DNA from: an uncultured delta proteobacterium
Lineage (GTDB): Bacteria > Desulfobacterota > Binatia > UBA9968
DNA length: 64,000 nucleotides
Assembly: GCA_963760795.1 (NCBI GenBank)
Contig: CAVXEP010000019.1
Coordinates: forward strand, 128,001 to 192,000
Reading direction: 5' to 3'
The position numbers were made by a program, and so were the translations under genes. The notes under the pieces are model-generated. The model searched no databases. It was given only the letters and a program-made list of their open reading frames with translations, and had not been told where the DNA came from. Shown piece by piece: positions 1 to 10,468 of the stretch; the first letter of the stretch is position 1; each line of letters begins with the position of its first letter.

Positions 1-534
1 GCGATCTGCGCGGCTTCACGCCCATGGCGGAACGGCTCGATCCCCGAGGACGTGGTCGAGATTCTCAATGTCTATCTGAGCCATGTCGTTGATCTCGTCT
101 TTGAGTTTCGCGGCAATCTTGACAAGTTTCGCGGCGACGGCTTCATGGCATTCTTCGGCGCGCCGCTGGCCCATGGCGACGATGCCGCGAGCGCGGTACG
201 CTGCGCCCTGGCTTTGCAGGAACGGCTCAAAAGTATTAGCTTCGCGAAGTTTCCCGACCTCCGTCTGTCGGCGGGCATCGGCATCAACAGCGGCGCGGTG
301 ATCGCCGGCAACGTCGGCTCGGAACGGCGCGCCGACTACACGGTGATCGGCAACGAGGTCAATCTGGCGCAGCGCTTCGAAGCCAACGCCGGGCCGGGCC
401 AAGTTCTTATCACCGGCGCCACCTACGAGCGGGTCAAAGAATCTATCGATGTGCGCGATCTTGGTCGCTTGCGCGTGACCGGCATGCAAGACGGGGTGAT
501 GGCTTACGACGTGCTGCGTTGGCGCGCGGCGTAA
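1..534 (+). CDS. class III adenylate cyclase, C-terminal catalytic domain (5' truncated by window; indel near 42-45)
   Basis: DLRGFT in frame 3 at the window start, then DKFRGDGFMA, GINSG and DYTVIGNEVNLAQR; the K/D specificity pair indicates ATP. Confidence 0.88.
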   Translation, partial: AICAASRPWRNGSIPEDVVEILNVYLSHVVDLVFEFRGNLDKFRGDGFMAFFGAPLAHGDDAASAVRCALALQERLKSISFAKFPDLRLSAGIGINSGAVIAGNVGSERRADYTVIGNEVNLAQRFEANAGPGQVLITGATYERVKESIDVRDLGRLRVTGMQDGVMAYDVLRWRAA

Positions 535-579
535 TTGATTTAGCAACAACGAAATTAGTAACAGGAGAAATCGCAAGTT

Positions 580-1032
580 ATGAAAATAATTTCTCAGCGA
601 TCGGCGGTGATCATCGCGCTAGCTGGGCTGGCGCTCGTTCCACTGCTTGCCGGCGCGCTTACGCCGCCGGTTTGGGCCGGGCAGGCCGAGCAGTTCACGC
701 CCGAGTTTCACGGGCTGCACAAGAACTTCGACCCCAAACACACGCCGAAAATCGTCGCGCCCGACAGCGTCAAGCGCGGTCAGTGGTTCGATGTCACGGT
801 TTCGGTCGGCAGCGGCAGCGAGCATCCGTCGTTGAGCGAGCACTTCGTGCGCTATATCGCCCTCTACATAGACAGCGCGGAGATCAGCCGCGTCTATCTT
901 CATCCGGTCTATTCGTTCCCGAAGGTCACATTCACCATCGCCCTGGATCGCGGTGGCGTGCTGCGCGCTTTGGAGGAACCGACCCATTCGTCGGCGTGGG
1001 AAGGCTCAAAGAAAATATCCGTGCTGCCTTAA
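580..1032 (+). CDS. exported superoxide reductase/desulfoferrodoxin-fold (SORL-like) protein
   Basis: RBS AGGAG, signal peptide ending VWA, KHTP...HPSLSEHF.RYIALY...H..AWE pattern; no Cys in the protein. Confidence 0.65.
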   Translation: MKIISQRSAVIIALAGLALVPLLAGALTPPVWAGQAEQFTPEFHGLHKNFDPKHTPKIVAPDSVKRGQWFDVTVSVGSGSEHPSLSEHFVRYIALYIDSAEISRVYLHPVYSFPKVTFTIALDRGGVLRALEEPTHSSAWEGSKKISVLP

Positions 1033-1727
1033 CTGGTTTGAAAACTATTTTTTTTGCATGCGCAGGCGACGCTGGTGCTGTCGCCGCTCACCGTGACTTC
1101 CTGGGTCGTGGTTCCCAAGGTTTCCTGCCAAACTTGCAGCGTGTACTTGCCCGGCGGCACGTTCTCAAGAACAAATTCACCCGCGTCATTAGTAACTGAA
1201 TAAAAGGGATGTTCGGCAACCACCACCCAGCCGCGCATCCACGAGTGCAGGTCGCAGTCAACGCGCAGCACCTCGGGATGTTTGAAGCCGATGGCAATCG
1301 TGCGCGCGTGCGGTTGCGCCCGGTTAAACGGCGGATTTTCTTTGCCGCCGCTCCTGACGTTGTGCATCAGCCGGTCGCTGTTCAAAAATTCCACGGTGCT
1401 GCCCGCCGGCACGATGACCACGCGAGGAATGAAGTCGCACTTGATCTGATCCATTTTCACTGGGGCCGGGTTGGCAGGCCACTTGGCGCCGGCCGGTACA
1501 CCTTGCAGCGACACGACGGCGTTGTGAATGCCGTTGTTGGGCGACAGCAGCAAGTTGCCGGCTGTTTTCTCTTTGCCGCAGAGATACTGGTCGATGGTTA
1601 CCGCGATTTTCTTTTGTTCCACCGCGGCGCCGCTGTAGCGCACGCTACCCTTGATCGTGCCGGCGCGGGCTATGCCGCAAAGCGCTGCGATACCGACAAT
1701 AAACGAAGCGATGCGAAGAATTTTCAT
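1029..1727 (-). CDS. exported cupredoxin-like / carboxypeptidase-regulatory-like domain protein
   Basis: signal peptide, MHNV and CDLHSWM copper-ligand pattern, VPPGKYTLQVW beta-sandwich; C-terminus possibly affected by a poly-T indel. Confidence 0.7.
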   Translation of the reverse strand: MKILRIASFIVGIAALCGIARAGTIKGSVRYSGAAVEQKKIAVTIDQYLCGKEKTAGNLLLSPNNGIHNAVVSLQGVPAGAKWPANPAPVKMDQIKCDFIPRVVIVPAGSTVEFLNSDRLMHNVRSGGKENPPFNRAQPHARTIAIGFKHPEVLRVDCDLHSWMRGWVVVAEHPFYSVTNDAGEFVLENVPPGKYTLQVWQETLGTTTQEVTVSGDSTSVACACKKNSFQTS

Positions 1728-1739
1728 AAAATGTGACCT

Positions 1740-2630
1740 TTAGCTAAAGCCGTAGAGCCGCGCCGGGTTGTCGACCAGGATATTCTTTCTGATTCCCTCA
1801 TCGGCAGCAAATGCCGCGAGCAAATCCACTAAGTCGCCGTCGTTGGGCGTGTGGCCAGGGGCAAAGTTGTTCGAGTGCGGCCAGTCGGTGCCCCAGATGA
1901 CGCGATCAGGCGCGACGGCTATCACCGCCTGGGCGTAGGGAATCACTTCGACGAAGGGCAGGCCGAAATAGGAATGCACAAGGGTCTCGCAAATTTTGTC
2001 GGCGCCGCTGACTTTGGTCCAGACATGTTTGAGTTTCATCAATTCGAGCAACAGCTGAAACCCTGCCTGCCGCAATCCCTCGGCGGGCTTCACTCTTGCG
2101 ATATGATCGATGATCACCGGAATCGGCGACGTTCGAATTCGTTTTTCTTGCTCGATGAGGTTTTTCATGTCGATGTGCAGGTCGACAGACCAGCGGAGGT
2201 CGGTTATTTTTTCGATGCAGCGGTCGAGCACTTCAAGCCTAACATTGCCACGCGGCCGGTCAAGCAGATTAAATCTCACGCCGCGGATGCCCCCGTCATG
2301 TAATCGTTGGAGTTCATCCTCCGGCGTCTGGTCATCGATGCGGCCGACGCCACGGAACTTGCCGCGGGAATTTTTAATCGCGTCCAGCGTTGCGCTGTTG
2401 TCGAGGCCGTGCACGCTAGGTTGGACGACGACGGCACGCTCGATGCCGATCACCGCGAGCATTTTTTGATAATGCTCCAATGGCGCCGCCGGCGGCGTGT
2501 ACTCATGGGTTGACAGGAACGGAAACACTTCGGGCGGCCCGAAGACATGAAAGTGGGTGTCGCAGGCGTTAGGCGGCGGTGTGAACTTGGGTTTGCGCGT
2601 GTTGGGATCGGGCGGGTAACAGTAGGGCAT
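1740..2630 (-). CDS. amidohydrolase_2 family, 2-pyrone-4,6-dicarboxylate lactonase-like
   Basis: ACDTHFHVFGP, VVVQPSVHGLDN, IDHIAR and WGTDWPH motifs. Confidence 0.8.
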   Translation of the reverse strand: MPYCYPPDPNTRKPKFTPPPNACDTHFHVFGPPEVFPFLSTHEYTPPAAPLEHYQKMLAVIGIERAVVVQPSVHGLDNSATLDAIKNSRGKFRGVGRIDDQTPEDELQRLHDGGIRGVRFNLLDRPRGNVRLEVLDRCIEKITDLRWSVDLHIDMKNLIEQEKRIRTSPIPVIIDHIARVKPAEGLRQAGFQLLLELMKLKHVWTKVSGADKICETLVHSYFGLPFVEVIPYAQAVIAVAPDRVIWGTDWPHSNNFAPGHTPNDGDLVDLLAAFAADEGIRKNILVDNPARLYGFS

Positions 2631-2788
2631 GGTGGCTATCTCCATGTTGGCGCTGGGCAATGTTTTAACTTAGCGGCAAGGGTAAGTCCACCAACATTGA
2701 GGGCTTGAATACGCTTTGGTCTCAAGAGTAGTATTGGGTTCGCAAGTTGTCGAGTTCGAATTTCGAAATCCGAGAGGCTGGAGGACAC

Positions 2789-3667
2789 ATGGCAAAGTTT
2801 CGCATACAGTCGCACGGACGCTTACAAGAGTGGGTGGCGGAGGAGAAAGGTTATTTCGCCGACGCCGGCCTCGATTACGAATTCTTGGTCACGCCGATCG
2901 TCACTTGGTCGGCCGGCGTGAAGACCGTCGAAGCGGCGCCCGCCGATATCCAGCGGGGCGCGTTCGAGTCCATTGAGGATGGGCGCGGCTGCAATCTGAG
3001 CGCGGCTTGCCACTGGACGGTCAACATGGCGGCGGCGGCGGATCATGGCAAGATGTGGGGCCGGGCATACTCGGTCTCGCCGTCGGGAATCTTTGTGCCG
3101 CCGGACTCCCATCTGCGCCAGCCTGAAGATCTCGCCAATGTGCCGGTGACGGTGGGCTATCATTCCGGCAGCCACTTCTCGTCGCTCCAAGGTCTCGAAC
3201 ATTTTCTCACTCGGGAGCAAATCAAACTACACTTTGGCGGCCTGCTGCTCGACCGCTTGGCGCTGCTCCTCGATCGCCAGGTGCCGGCGGCAAATTTGTT
3301 TGGCGCGCCGTACTACGTCGCCGAGCAGTTGGGTTTCACCAAAATCATCGATACCACTTTTATGATCGCCCATCTGGTTTCCGGCGACGCCGACTTGAGC
3401 GACGTGGAGCGTTACTTCGAAGCGCTGCGCCGCGCCCAGCAAGATATCGATTTCGAACCGGAGGCATTCAAACACTATTTCCTCCGCGAGTTGCCCGAGC
3501 GCTACCATGGACTGGTCGACACGCGACGCTTTGGCCCCGGCGAACGGATCGTCTTCGAGCCTTACCCGCGCGCCGCCTTCCAGCGCACACGCCAGTGGAT
3601 CGAGTCGTGGAATCTATTTCCACCCGAACAGAAGGGCGACGCCGGGTACGACGTGGCGGTGGTTTAA
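2789..3667 (+). CDS. NitT/TauT-type periplasmic-binding-fold protein (no signal peptide)
   Basis: RBS GAGGA before ATG 2789; WVAEEKGYFADAGLD and PEDLANVPVTVGYHSGSH. Confidence 0.7.
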   Translation: MAKFRIQSHGRLQEWVAEEKGYFADAGLDYEFLVTPIVTWSAGVKTVEAAPADIQRGAFESIEDGRGCNLSAACHWTVNMAAAADHGKMWGRAYSVSPSGIFVPPDSHLRQPEDLANVPVTVGYHSGSHFSSLQGLEHFLTREQIKLHFGGLLLDRLALLLDRQVPAANLFGAPYYVAEQLGFTKIIDTTFMIAHLVSGDADLSDVERYFEALRRAQQDIDFEPEAFKHYFLRELPERYHGLVDTRRFGPGERIVFEPYPRAAFQRTRQWIESWNLFPPEQKGDAGYDVAVV

Positions 3668-3682
3668 AAGGAGTAGAAAGTA

Positions 3683-3780
3683 TTCACCACGAAGATCGCG
3701 AAGCGGTGGGACGATCAGGAAGGTGGGTTTATATCCCGCTCCTACGAAACCTTCATGATCATCGTGTCCCTCGTGGTGAG
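3683..3780. repeat. intergenic palindromic element (CACCACGAAG...TCGTGGTG family), copy 1
   Basis: ttcaccacgaag at the left end and ctcgtggtgag at the right end, between convergent genes. Confidence 0.6.
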
Positions 3781-3819
3781 TGGGATTCGAGTTTTTCGGC
3801 GAGCTCCTCAACCTTACAT

Positions 3820-4656
3820 TTACGCGGCGGTGTGGCGTTTGACCCAGTCGAGAATCACCTGGTTGGTTTCTTCCGGCGCTTGCCAGAAGAAGCCGTGGGA
3901 TTGGCCTTTGAGTATTTTGAGTTCGGCGCCGGGAATTCTGTTCTTCAGTGCTTCAGCTTGTAACAGATGGTTGCTGCGCGCTTTGTCGTTGGTGCCGATC
4001 ACTACGAGCGTGGGAACGCTGACGTCACCTAAACGATGGGTGGCTTCCCAGTTGTGACGGGCGATGCTCAAGTGGATATATTCGGACAGGTTGGCGTGAG
4101 TCGCGCGTGCTAGTTTGAAGAATTCTTCGATGCGCTCCGGGCGAGCGGCGCGAAATTCATCGGTGAAAAAGACTTCGGACTCGCAGTACTCGTCATGAAG
4201 AAATTTTTCAAAGCCTTTTTCAACCAAGCCGAGCACGAGCCAGTGAGGTAAGCCGGGAATGCAGTCCGGGCCGGGGCGAGTGACCAGGCCCGAGCCGCTG
4301 GCGGCCATGATCAAGCTCTTTGCCCGCCCGGGAAAATTCAGCGCCAGGGTCAGGGCGACCCGGCCGCCCATGGAGTGGCCGAGCAGGTGGGCTGAGGGGA
4401 TTTCTAGATGGTCGAGCAGCGCCACCGCATCGTTGGCCATCTGCTCGATGGTGTAGACTTGCTGGCTAACTCTGGTGCGCGGACAGCCGCGGGGATCGTG
4501 GAGAATCAGCTGCATGGCCGGCGACAGCGCCGGCACTTGGTGGGGTTTCCAAACCTCGCCGGAAAACGCCGTCGACGGAAAGAGCAGTAGTGCATCGCCA
4601 GCGCCGTGGGTTTCGTAGTAAAGCTCTGTGCCTGTGGGCAGACTGGCGACGGGCAT
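3820..4656 (-). CDS. alpha/beta hydrolase
   Basis: GHSMGG nucleophile elbow, HDPRG, C-terminal GQSHGFFW His. Confidence 0.9.
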   Translation of the reverse strand: MPVASLPTGTELYYETHGAGDALLLFPSTAFSGEVWKPHQVPALSPAMQLILHDPRGCPRTRVSQQVYTIEQMANDAVALLDHLEIPSAHLLGHSMGGRVALTLALNFPGRAKSLIMAASGSGLVTRPGPDCIPGLPHWLVLGLVEKGFEKFLHDEYCESEVFFTDEFRAARPERIEEFFKLARATHANLSEYIHLSIARHNWEATHRLGDVSVPTLVVIGTNDKARSNHLLQAEALKNRIPGAELKILKGQSHGFFWQAPEETNQVILDWVKRHTAA

Positions 4657-4880
4657 CGATGCGTCCTCTAAGCATGTCTAAGTTTGTGCTGGTCGATTTG
4701 TCCAATCCGTACAATCTTTTCGCTTGAATGAATAGTCTATTACCGCGAAAGTGCGCGGATTTGAACTCCGGGCAATGGCAATCCAGGGTGACAGGAGATT
4801 GCCGCGTGGCATTCCCCTAAAACAGCAACGCGGAAGACCATTGCCGATCTTCCGCGTTGATTCCGAACCGTGGGGAATAA

Positions 4881-5750
4881 CTATTGCTTGATCGCGGCGG
4901 CGCGCCGTTGCAAGGCGGCGTTACGCACGGCGCCGTAGAGGTCAACTGTGGATTCAGCCACCCGCTCGAAGCGGTCGAGATTGAGTGAGCGCTCGTTGAC
5001 CGTCTCGGTAATAGTGGCTGCGAGGGAGCCCCACCAGGGGATAAAGTAAGACGGTGGGAACATCGCCGCGTCGAAGGCATAACCGAAGCCGTCACGAACA
5101 TTTAGCGGCGGCAGAAGCGGCAGAACTAGATAGGGACCCGGTCCCATGCCCCAGACGCCGAAGGTCTGGCCGGTGTCTTCGTCTTTTTGTTCGATGCCGA
5201 AGGCATCCTTTGCTATATCGAAAAAGCCCACGACCCCAACCGTACTATTGACGGTAAATCGCACCAGCTCGATGCCAGCGCCGGCGAACTTCAATTGCAG
5301 GGTGTTATTGACCACTCGGCGGACGACGTCGAGGTTGTCGAACATATTGCGAAATCCGCGTTGTACCATGTCAGGTAAAACAAAGTCCCAGCCGATGGCG
5401 ATTGGCTTCAACAGAAAGCGATCTAGGATCTCCCGGTTAAAGTTGAACATCTTTTCGTTGAAGCCTTCCCAAGGGTCCTGATCGAAGTCATCCCCAGCGG
5501 CGGCAGCTGTCATGTTCGGTTGGATGGCCATCTCAACTTCAATGGCGCCGGCGTCGGCAGCCAGTGCGACGATCACCTCTGGATTGTCGGCGGATTCCGA
5601 TGCAGCGGTAATTTCTTCCGCCTGTGCGGTCCCGCCGGGGATAGCCAGCAGGCCAATCGAACTGGCGAGCGCGCCAGCCATCCATATTTTCAATAACCAC
5701 CGGCAATATGATTTATACATCCCCTTCTCCTTCTCCAAGATGGATTTCAA
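4881..5750 (-). CDS. mlaA: VacJ/MlaA family lipid asymmetry protein
   Basis: DPWEGFNEKMFNFN, RFTVNSTVGVVGFFD and EDTGQTFGVWGMGPGPYLVLP motifs. Confidence 0.88.
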   Translation of the reverse strand: MKSILEKEKGMYKSYCRWLLKIWMAGALASSIGLLAIPGGTAQAEEITAASESADNPEVIVALAADAGAIEVEMAIQPNMTAAAAGDDFDQDPWEGFNEKMFNFNREILDRFLLKPIAIGWDFVLPDMVQRGFRNMFDNLDVVRRVVNNTLQLKFAGAGIELVRFTVNSTVGVVGFFDIAKDAFGIEQKDEDTGQTFGVWGMGPGPYLVLPLLPPLNVRDGFGYAFDAAMFPPSYFIPWWGSLAATITETVNERSLNLDRFERVAESTVDLYGAVRNAALQRRAAAIKQ

Positions 5751-5823
5751 TGATCGGAACTACAGCAACCGGTCAAGTTAAACACACTGACTATCATATC
5801 GTGCCACTGAATGCAGCTTTATG

Positions 5824-5839
5824 AGCCAAAATCATGCCA
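5824..5839 (-). promoter_or_regulatory. possible sigma-54 promoter upstream of mlaA
   Basis: minus strand TGGCATGATTTTGGCT has GG and GC at the correct -24/-12 spacing, with one deviation at -14. Confidence 0.35.
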
Positions 5840-6048
5840 GCGATCGGCTCTCTGTTCTAACGCCCCGGCGAGCAAATAGAGGAAATTACAGCCAAAGTAG
5901 TAGTCAGACCCAGACGATGCTTTGACAACTGCGGGCGCCTAAAAGTCGCAATACTGTAAACGTGGTTACATTGTCGGGCAGCCGAGTCGCCTTTGGCCTG
6001 GTTCGGTAAAAGTTTGCAGCAATTAGTTGAATCGGCTAGTTTGTCGCT

Positions 6049-7254
6049 GTGGCGGAAATCGACAAACCGAAAACCGTGGTGCTTGGGGTGACCGGCGGCA
6101 TCGCCTGCTACAAGGCGGTGGAGCTGGTGCGTTTGCTCGTCAAGGCCGGTCACCGCGTTCAGGTGATCATGACCCGCGGCGCCATGGAGTTTGTCACAGC
6201 GCTGACCTTTCAAACCCTTTCCGGCCATCCTGTGGCTACGGAAACCTTCAACCTCACGCAGGAGTCTGAAATCGGCCATATCAATTTAGCCGACTCGGCC
6301 GATCTGTTCGTGATTGCGCCGGCGACGGCCAACATCATCGGCAAGATCGCCAACGGCATCGCCGACGATCTTTTGACGACGGTGATCATGGCGACCCAGG
6401 CCCCGGTATTGATCGCGCCGGCGATGAATATCCATATGTATGAGAATCCGATGCTGCAGGAGAATCTGCGCAAGCTAGGCCGGGTCGGTTACCATATTTT
6501 AGAGCCGGCCGAAGGTTTTCTCGCTTGCGGCTACGAAGGCAAGGGCCGGCTGCCCGATCCGGAAAAGATTGCCGACGAGGTCGAGCGCTTGCTCGGAAAA
6601 ACGGACTTGGTGGGTGAGCGGCTGTTGATCACCGCTGGGCCTAGTCGCGAGCCTCTCGATCCGGTGCGCTACCTGTCAAACCGGTCTTCCGGAAAAATGG
6701 GTTATGCGCTGGCACGGGCGGCGGCACGGCGGGGCGCAGAGGTGGTGCTGGTGAGTGGACCCACCGCGCTGGACTGTCCTGCCGGCGTTCGCCTCATCCC
6801 TGTGGTCACGGCCGCCGACATGCGTGATGCCGTGGTTAAAGAGTTCGCCACGGCGACGGCGGTGGTGATGGCGGCGGCAGTAGCTGATTACCGGCCGGTG
6901 GTGACCGCGGATCGGAAGATCAAGCGCGGCAAAGGCCCCATCGAGCTGCGCCTGGAACCCAATCCCGATATCGTCAAAGAGCTTGGCCAGAACAAAGATG
7001 GCAAAGTGTTGATCGGCTTCGCCGCTGAGACCGAAGATCTGACCGCCAACGCCGCCAAGAAGCTGCGCGAAAAAAATCTCGACATGATCGTCGCTAACAA
7101 CGTCACCGAAGCCGGCAGCGGGTTTGACGGCGACACCAACATTGCGACTATTCTCGACCGCACCGGCGCGTCGCAGTCGCTACCGCTGATGAGTAAAGAT
7201 GAGTTGGCGGACCGCATCTACGATCATTACCTCGCCCTCAAAAACCGGCGTTGA
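6049..7254 (+). CDS. coaBC: phosphopantothenoylcysteine decarboxylase/ligase
   Basis: GVTGGIACYK, APATANIIGK, PAMN, ITAGPSREPLDPVRYLSNRSSGKMG and IGFAAET. Confidence 0.97.
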   Translation: MAEIDKPKTVVLGVTGGIACYKAVELVRLLVKAGHRVQVIMTRGAMEFVTALTFQTLSGHPVATETFNLTQESEIGHINLADSADLFVIAPATANIIGKIANGIADDLLTTVIMATQAPVLIAPAMNIHMYENPMLQENLRKLGRVGYHILEPAEGFLACGYEGKGRLPDPEKIADEVERLLGKTDLVGERLLITAGPSREPLDPVRYLSNRSSGKMGYALARAAARRGAEVVLVSGPTALDCPAGVRLIPVVTAADMRDAVVKEFATATAVVMAAAVADYRPVVTADRKIKRGKGPIELRLEPNPDIVKELGQNKDGKVLIGFAAETEDLTANAAKKLREKNLDMIVANNVTEAGSGFDGDTNIATILDRTGASQSLPLMSKDELADRIYDHYLALKNRR

Positions 7255-7578
7255 GATCGGCAAGCCGGTAAAATATTTTGTCGTGTCTCTTATTGCCGAT
7301 CTGACGCTGCTTGCCGTTACTTAACTGCCAACCCAGGCGATCGAAAACAAGTGTCGCGATCCGCTCTCCGGCGGCCGTCGGGTGAATCTCGACCCCGGCT
7401 ATATCGATCTCCTCCGAGTCATTCTCGCTTCGACCAAAATTGCCAACCAGCGCATCTAACCGAATTCCGGCATCTGCGCCGAAGCGACTCGGCGACAGCT
7501 CTTCAATCATTGAGCTAACTTCGTATTGCTTCGCGCCGGTGTCGGGTGGTACGATCCGGCGGTGAAAGGATCGCGCTG

Positions 7579-8343
7579 ATGTCCGAGCCGAGCGACGCCG
7601 AAGAATTGGCCGCGTTAACCACCACGCTCAAGCGCCATCTCCAACGCCGGCAACGGGCCGGGTTGCGCTATTTGGCGAACGCTCTGCCAGCGCCAATGAA
7701 ATCCGTAATCTTTAATGAAGAACCTAGCATCATGAGCGGCACTGAATCAGACATGCTTGCCGATACCAGCAGCGCTCTGCAAGCCGAGAGCTTGGACGAT
7801 TTGCGCGCCGTCATCGGTGATTGCCAGCGCTGCAAGCTATGTTCAGGCCGGACCCATATCGTTTTTGGCGTCGGCAATCCCCACGCCAAGCTGATGTTTG
7901 TCGGCGAAGGGCCAGGCCGCGACGAAGACTTGAAGGGCGAACCGTTCGTCGGCCGGGCGGGACAGCTGTTGACCGACATCATCACCAAGGGCATGGGGCT
8001 TAAGCGCGAAGATGTTTACATTTGCAATGTGGTCAAATGCCGGCCGCCGGAGAACCGCAATCCCGAGCCGGACGAAGTCGCTGCCTGCGAGCCGTTCTTA
8101 AAAAAACAGATCGATATCGTCCGGCCGCAAATCATCGTTGGTCTGGGAAAATTCGCCGTGCAAACGCTACTCAATAGCAAAGCGCCGATCGGCAAACTGC
8201 GCGGCACTTGGGCCAGCTACCACGGCATCAAGCTCATGCCGACGTTCCATCCGGCTTACTTGCTGCGCAACCCGGCGGACAAAAAGCTGGTGTGGGAAGA
8301 TATTAAACTGGTAATCAAAGAGATGCGTGGTGAAGACGCTTAA
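7579..8343 (+). CDS. uracil-DNA glycosylase family 4 (4Fe-4S)
   Basis: CQRCKLC, GEGPG, PFVGRAG, KCRPPENRNP and TFHPAYLLR. Confidence 0.93.
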   Translation: MSEPSDAEELAALTTTLKRHLQRRQRAGLRYLANALPAPMKSVIFNEEPSIMSGTESDMLADTSSALQAESLDDLRAVIGDCQRCKLCSGRTHIVFGVGNPHAKLMFVGEGPGRDEDLKGEPFVGRAGQLLTDIITKGMGLKREDVYICNVVKCRPPENRNPEPDEVAACEPFLKKQIDIVRPQIIVGLGKFAVQTLLNSKAPIGKLRGTWASYHGIKLMPTFHPAYLLRNPADKKLVWEDIKLVIKEMRGEDA

Positions 8344-9643
8344 AGCAATTCTATTCATTAGCCTAGTCGCTATGGGCGCGGGCGTGTTGGCGCAGTCCAA
8401 GGACGCGGCTGTGCCCCATGTCGATCTGATCGCCATCGACGGCAGCATCAATCCGGCGGTGGATGATTTTATCCGCGAAGGCATCGCGCGGGCGAAGCAT
8501 AATGGCGCGCGGGCGCTGATCATTCAGCTCGACACTCCCGGCGGGCTGCTCAATTCCACGCGCACCATCGTCAAGGAAATGCTCGGCGCTCAGGTTCCGG
8601 TCATGGTCTGGGTCGGACCGAGCGGCGCCGGCGCGGGCTCGGCGGGAGTGTTTATCACTCTGGCCGCCCATATCGCGGCGATGGCACCGGGCACCAACAT
8701 CGGCGCGGCCCATCCGGTGGCCGGTGGCGGCCAGGAAGTCAAAGGCGTGATGGGCGAGAAGATCGAGAATTTCACGGCATCGTTCAGCGAGAGCATCGCG
8801 CAGAAACGCGGCCGCAACGCCGAGTGGGCGATCCAAGCGGTACGCAAGAGCGTGGCGATCACCGAGAGCGACGCACTCAAGAAGAATGTCATCGACATCG
8901 TCGCCAAAGACATTGACGATTTGCTCAAGCAAGCCGATGGCCGCAAGGTCGATCTCGACGGCAAAATGCAGGTGCTGGCGCTCAAAGACGCCAAGGTGAA
9001 TCGCCACGACATGAGCCTGAAGCAGAAGGTCTTGAATACCCTGGCCGATCCCAACATCGCTTATCTGCTGATGATGGCCGGTCTGCTGGGATTGTATATG
9101 GAGTTTTCCCATCCCGGCGTGATTTTCCCTGGCGTGGCTGGGGCGATTTGTTTGTTGCTGGCGCTGGCATCGTTTCAACTTCTGCCGCTCAACTACACCG
9201 GTCTCACGCTGATCGCATTGGGGATAGGGTTGCTAGTTTCGGAGATGTTCGTGCCTAGTTTCGGCGTCTTAGGAATCGGCGGGATTTTTGCGCTGGCCAT
9301 CGGCTCGCTGCTTCTTTTCGATACCGAAAGCTCGGATCTGATCGTCGACCGCGCGATCGTTTTCACCGCGGTGGGCACGGTGGGGGCGATCATGCTTGGT
9401 TTGAGCTATTTAGTATTTCGCACCCAGCAGGCCAAGCCGACCATGGGCATGGCAAGTTTGATCGGCAAGATCGGCGAAGTCAGAGCCGAGCTCACGCCGG
9501 CAGGCAAGATTTTTGTCCATGGCGAATATTGGAACGCCCGCGCCGAGACGCCGATCGAGGTGGACGCCAAGGTCGAAGTAATCGGCTACGAGGGTATGAC
9601 ACTCAAAGTGCGACGGGCGGCGGGTGGCGAACTGGTAGGTTAA
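8327..9643 (+). CDS. nfeD: NfeD family membrane-bound serine protease
   Basis: LDTPGG, AGSAG, MAPGTNIGAAHPV, transmembrane region, C-terminal OB fold GEYWNA. Confidence 0.92.
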   Translation: MVKTLKAILFISLVAMGAGVLAQSKDAAVPHVDLIAIDGSINPAVDDFIREGIARAKHNGARALIIQLDTPGGLLNSTRTIVKEMLGAQVPVMVWVGPSGAGAGSAGVFITLAAHIAAMAPGTNIGAAHPVAGGGQEVKGVMGEKIENFTASFSESIAQKRGRNAEWAIQAVRKSVAITESDALKKNVIDIVAKDIDDLLKQADGRKVDLDGKMQVLALKDAKVNRHDMSLKQKVLNTLADPNIAYLLMMAGLLGLYMEFSHPGVIFPGVAGAICLLLALASFQLLPLNYTGLTLIALGIGLLVSEMFVPSFGVLGIGGIFALAIGSLLLFDTESSDLIVDRAIVFTAVGTVGAIMLGLSYLVFRTQQAKPTMGMASLIGKIGEVRAELTPAGKIFVHGEYWNARAETPIEVDAKVEVIGYEGMTLKVRRAAGGELVG

Positions 9644-9658
9644 CAACAGGAGGTCGAC

Positions 9659-10411
9659 ATGTTTGGTTTCGGACCGATAGCGACATTTCTCGTCATTGCG
9701 GTTGCGGCGCTGGTCAGCGGCATCAAGATTCTCAAAGAGTATGAGCGCGGCGTGGTGTTCCGCCTCGGCCGCATGGTCGGCGCGCGCGGTCCGGGGATGG
9801 TTTACGTCATTCCGGGCATCGAAAAAATGGTCAAAATGGATCTGCGCACGGTGACCATGGATATCCCGCCGCAGGACGTGATCACCCGCGATAACGTTTC
9901 GGTGAAAGTCAACGCGGTGCTTTATTTTAGGGTCATCGATCCCAATCTGGCGGTTCGGGAAGTGGAGAATTATCTTTTTGCCACCTCCCAACTCGCCCAA
10001 GTGACGCTGCGCAGTGTCTGCGGCCAGGGCGAACTAGACGAACTCCTGTCCGAGCGGGAAAAGATCAACAGCCGCATTCAAGACATCTTGGATAAGCAGA
10101 CCGATCCCTGGGGAATCAAGGTCGTGTTGGTTGAGCTGAAGCATATCGATTTGCCGCAGGAAATGCAGCGCGCCATGGCGAAGCAGGCCGAGGCCGAGCG
10201 CGAACGGCGTGCCAAAGTCATCCACGCCGAGGGTGAATACCAGGCTTCGCAAAAGCTCGCTGACGCCGCCGGAGTCATGGCTTTGCAACCGATGGCGTTG
10301 CAGTTGCGTTATCTTCAGAGTCTGGTCGAAATCGCCTCGGAGAAAAATTCGACGACGATCTTCCCCATACCCATCGATCTATTGACGCCGTTCTTGAAGA
10401 AGGACACTTAA
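9659..10411 (+). CDS. slipin / SPFH (stomatin-like) protein
   Basis: [27 protein letters not shown] and [15 protein letters not shown]; canonical partner of nfeD. Confidence 0.94.
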   Translation: MFGFGPIATFLVIAVAALVSGIKILKEYERGVVFRLGRMVGARGPGMVYVIPGIEKMVKMDLRTVTMDIPPQDVITRDNVSVKVNAVLYFRVIDPNLAVREVENYLFATSQLAQVTLRSVCGQGELDELLSEREKINSRIQDILDKQTDPWGIKVVLVELKHIDLPQEMQRAMAKQAEAERERRAKVIHAEGEYQASQKLADAAGVMALQPMALQLRYLQSLVEIASEKNSTTIFPIPIDLLTPFLKKDT

Positions 10412-10468
10412 TTCCCTCCGGGGACAATCTCGATTAGACTGATCTCGCTCCTGCCGATCTCGATTCAG

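Noticed and set aside
7238-7510. 90-aa minus-strand ORF between coaBC and udg
   Set aside because: No RBS or recognisable motif and it opposes the operon; may be a remnant but is unsupported
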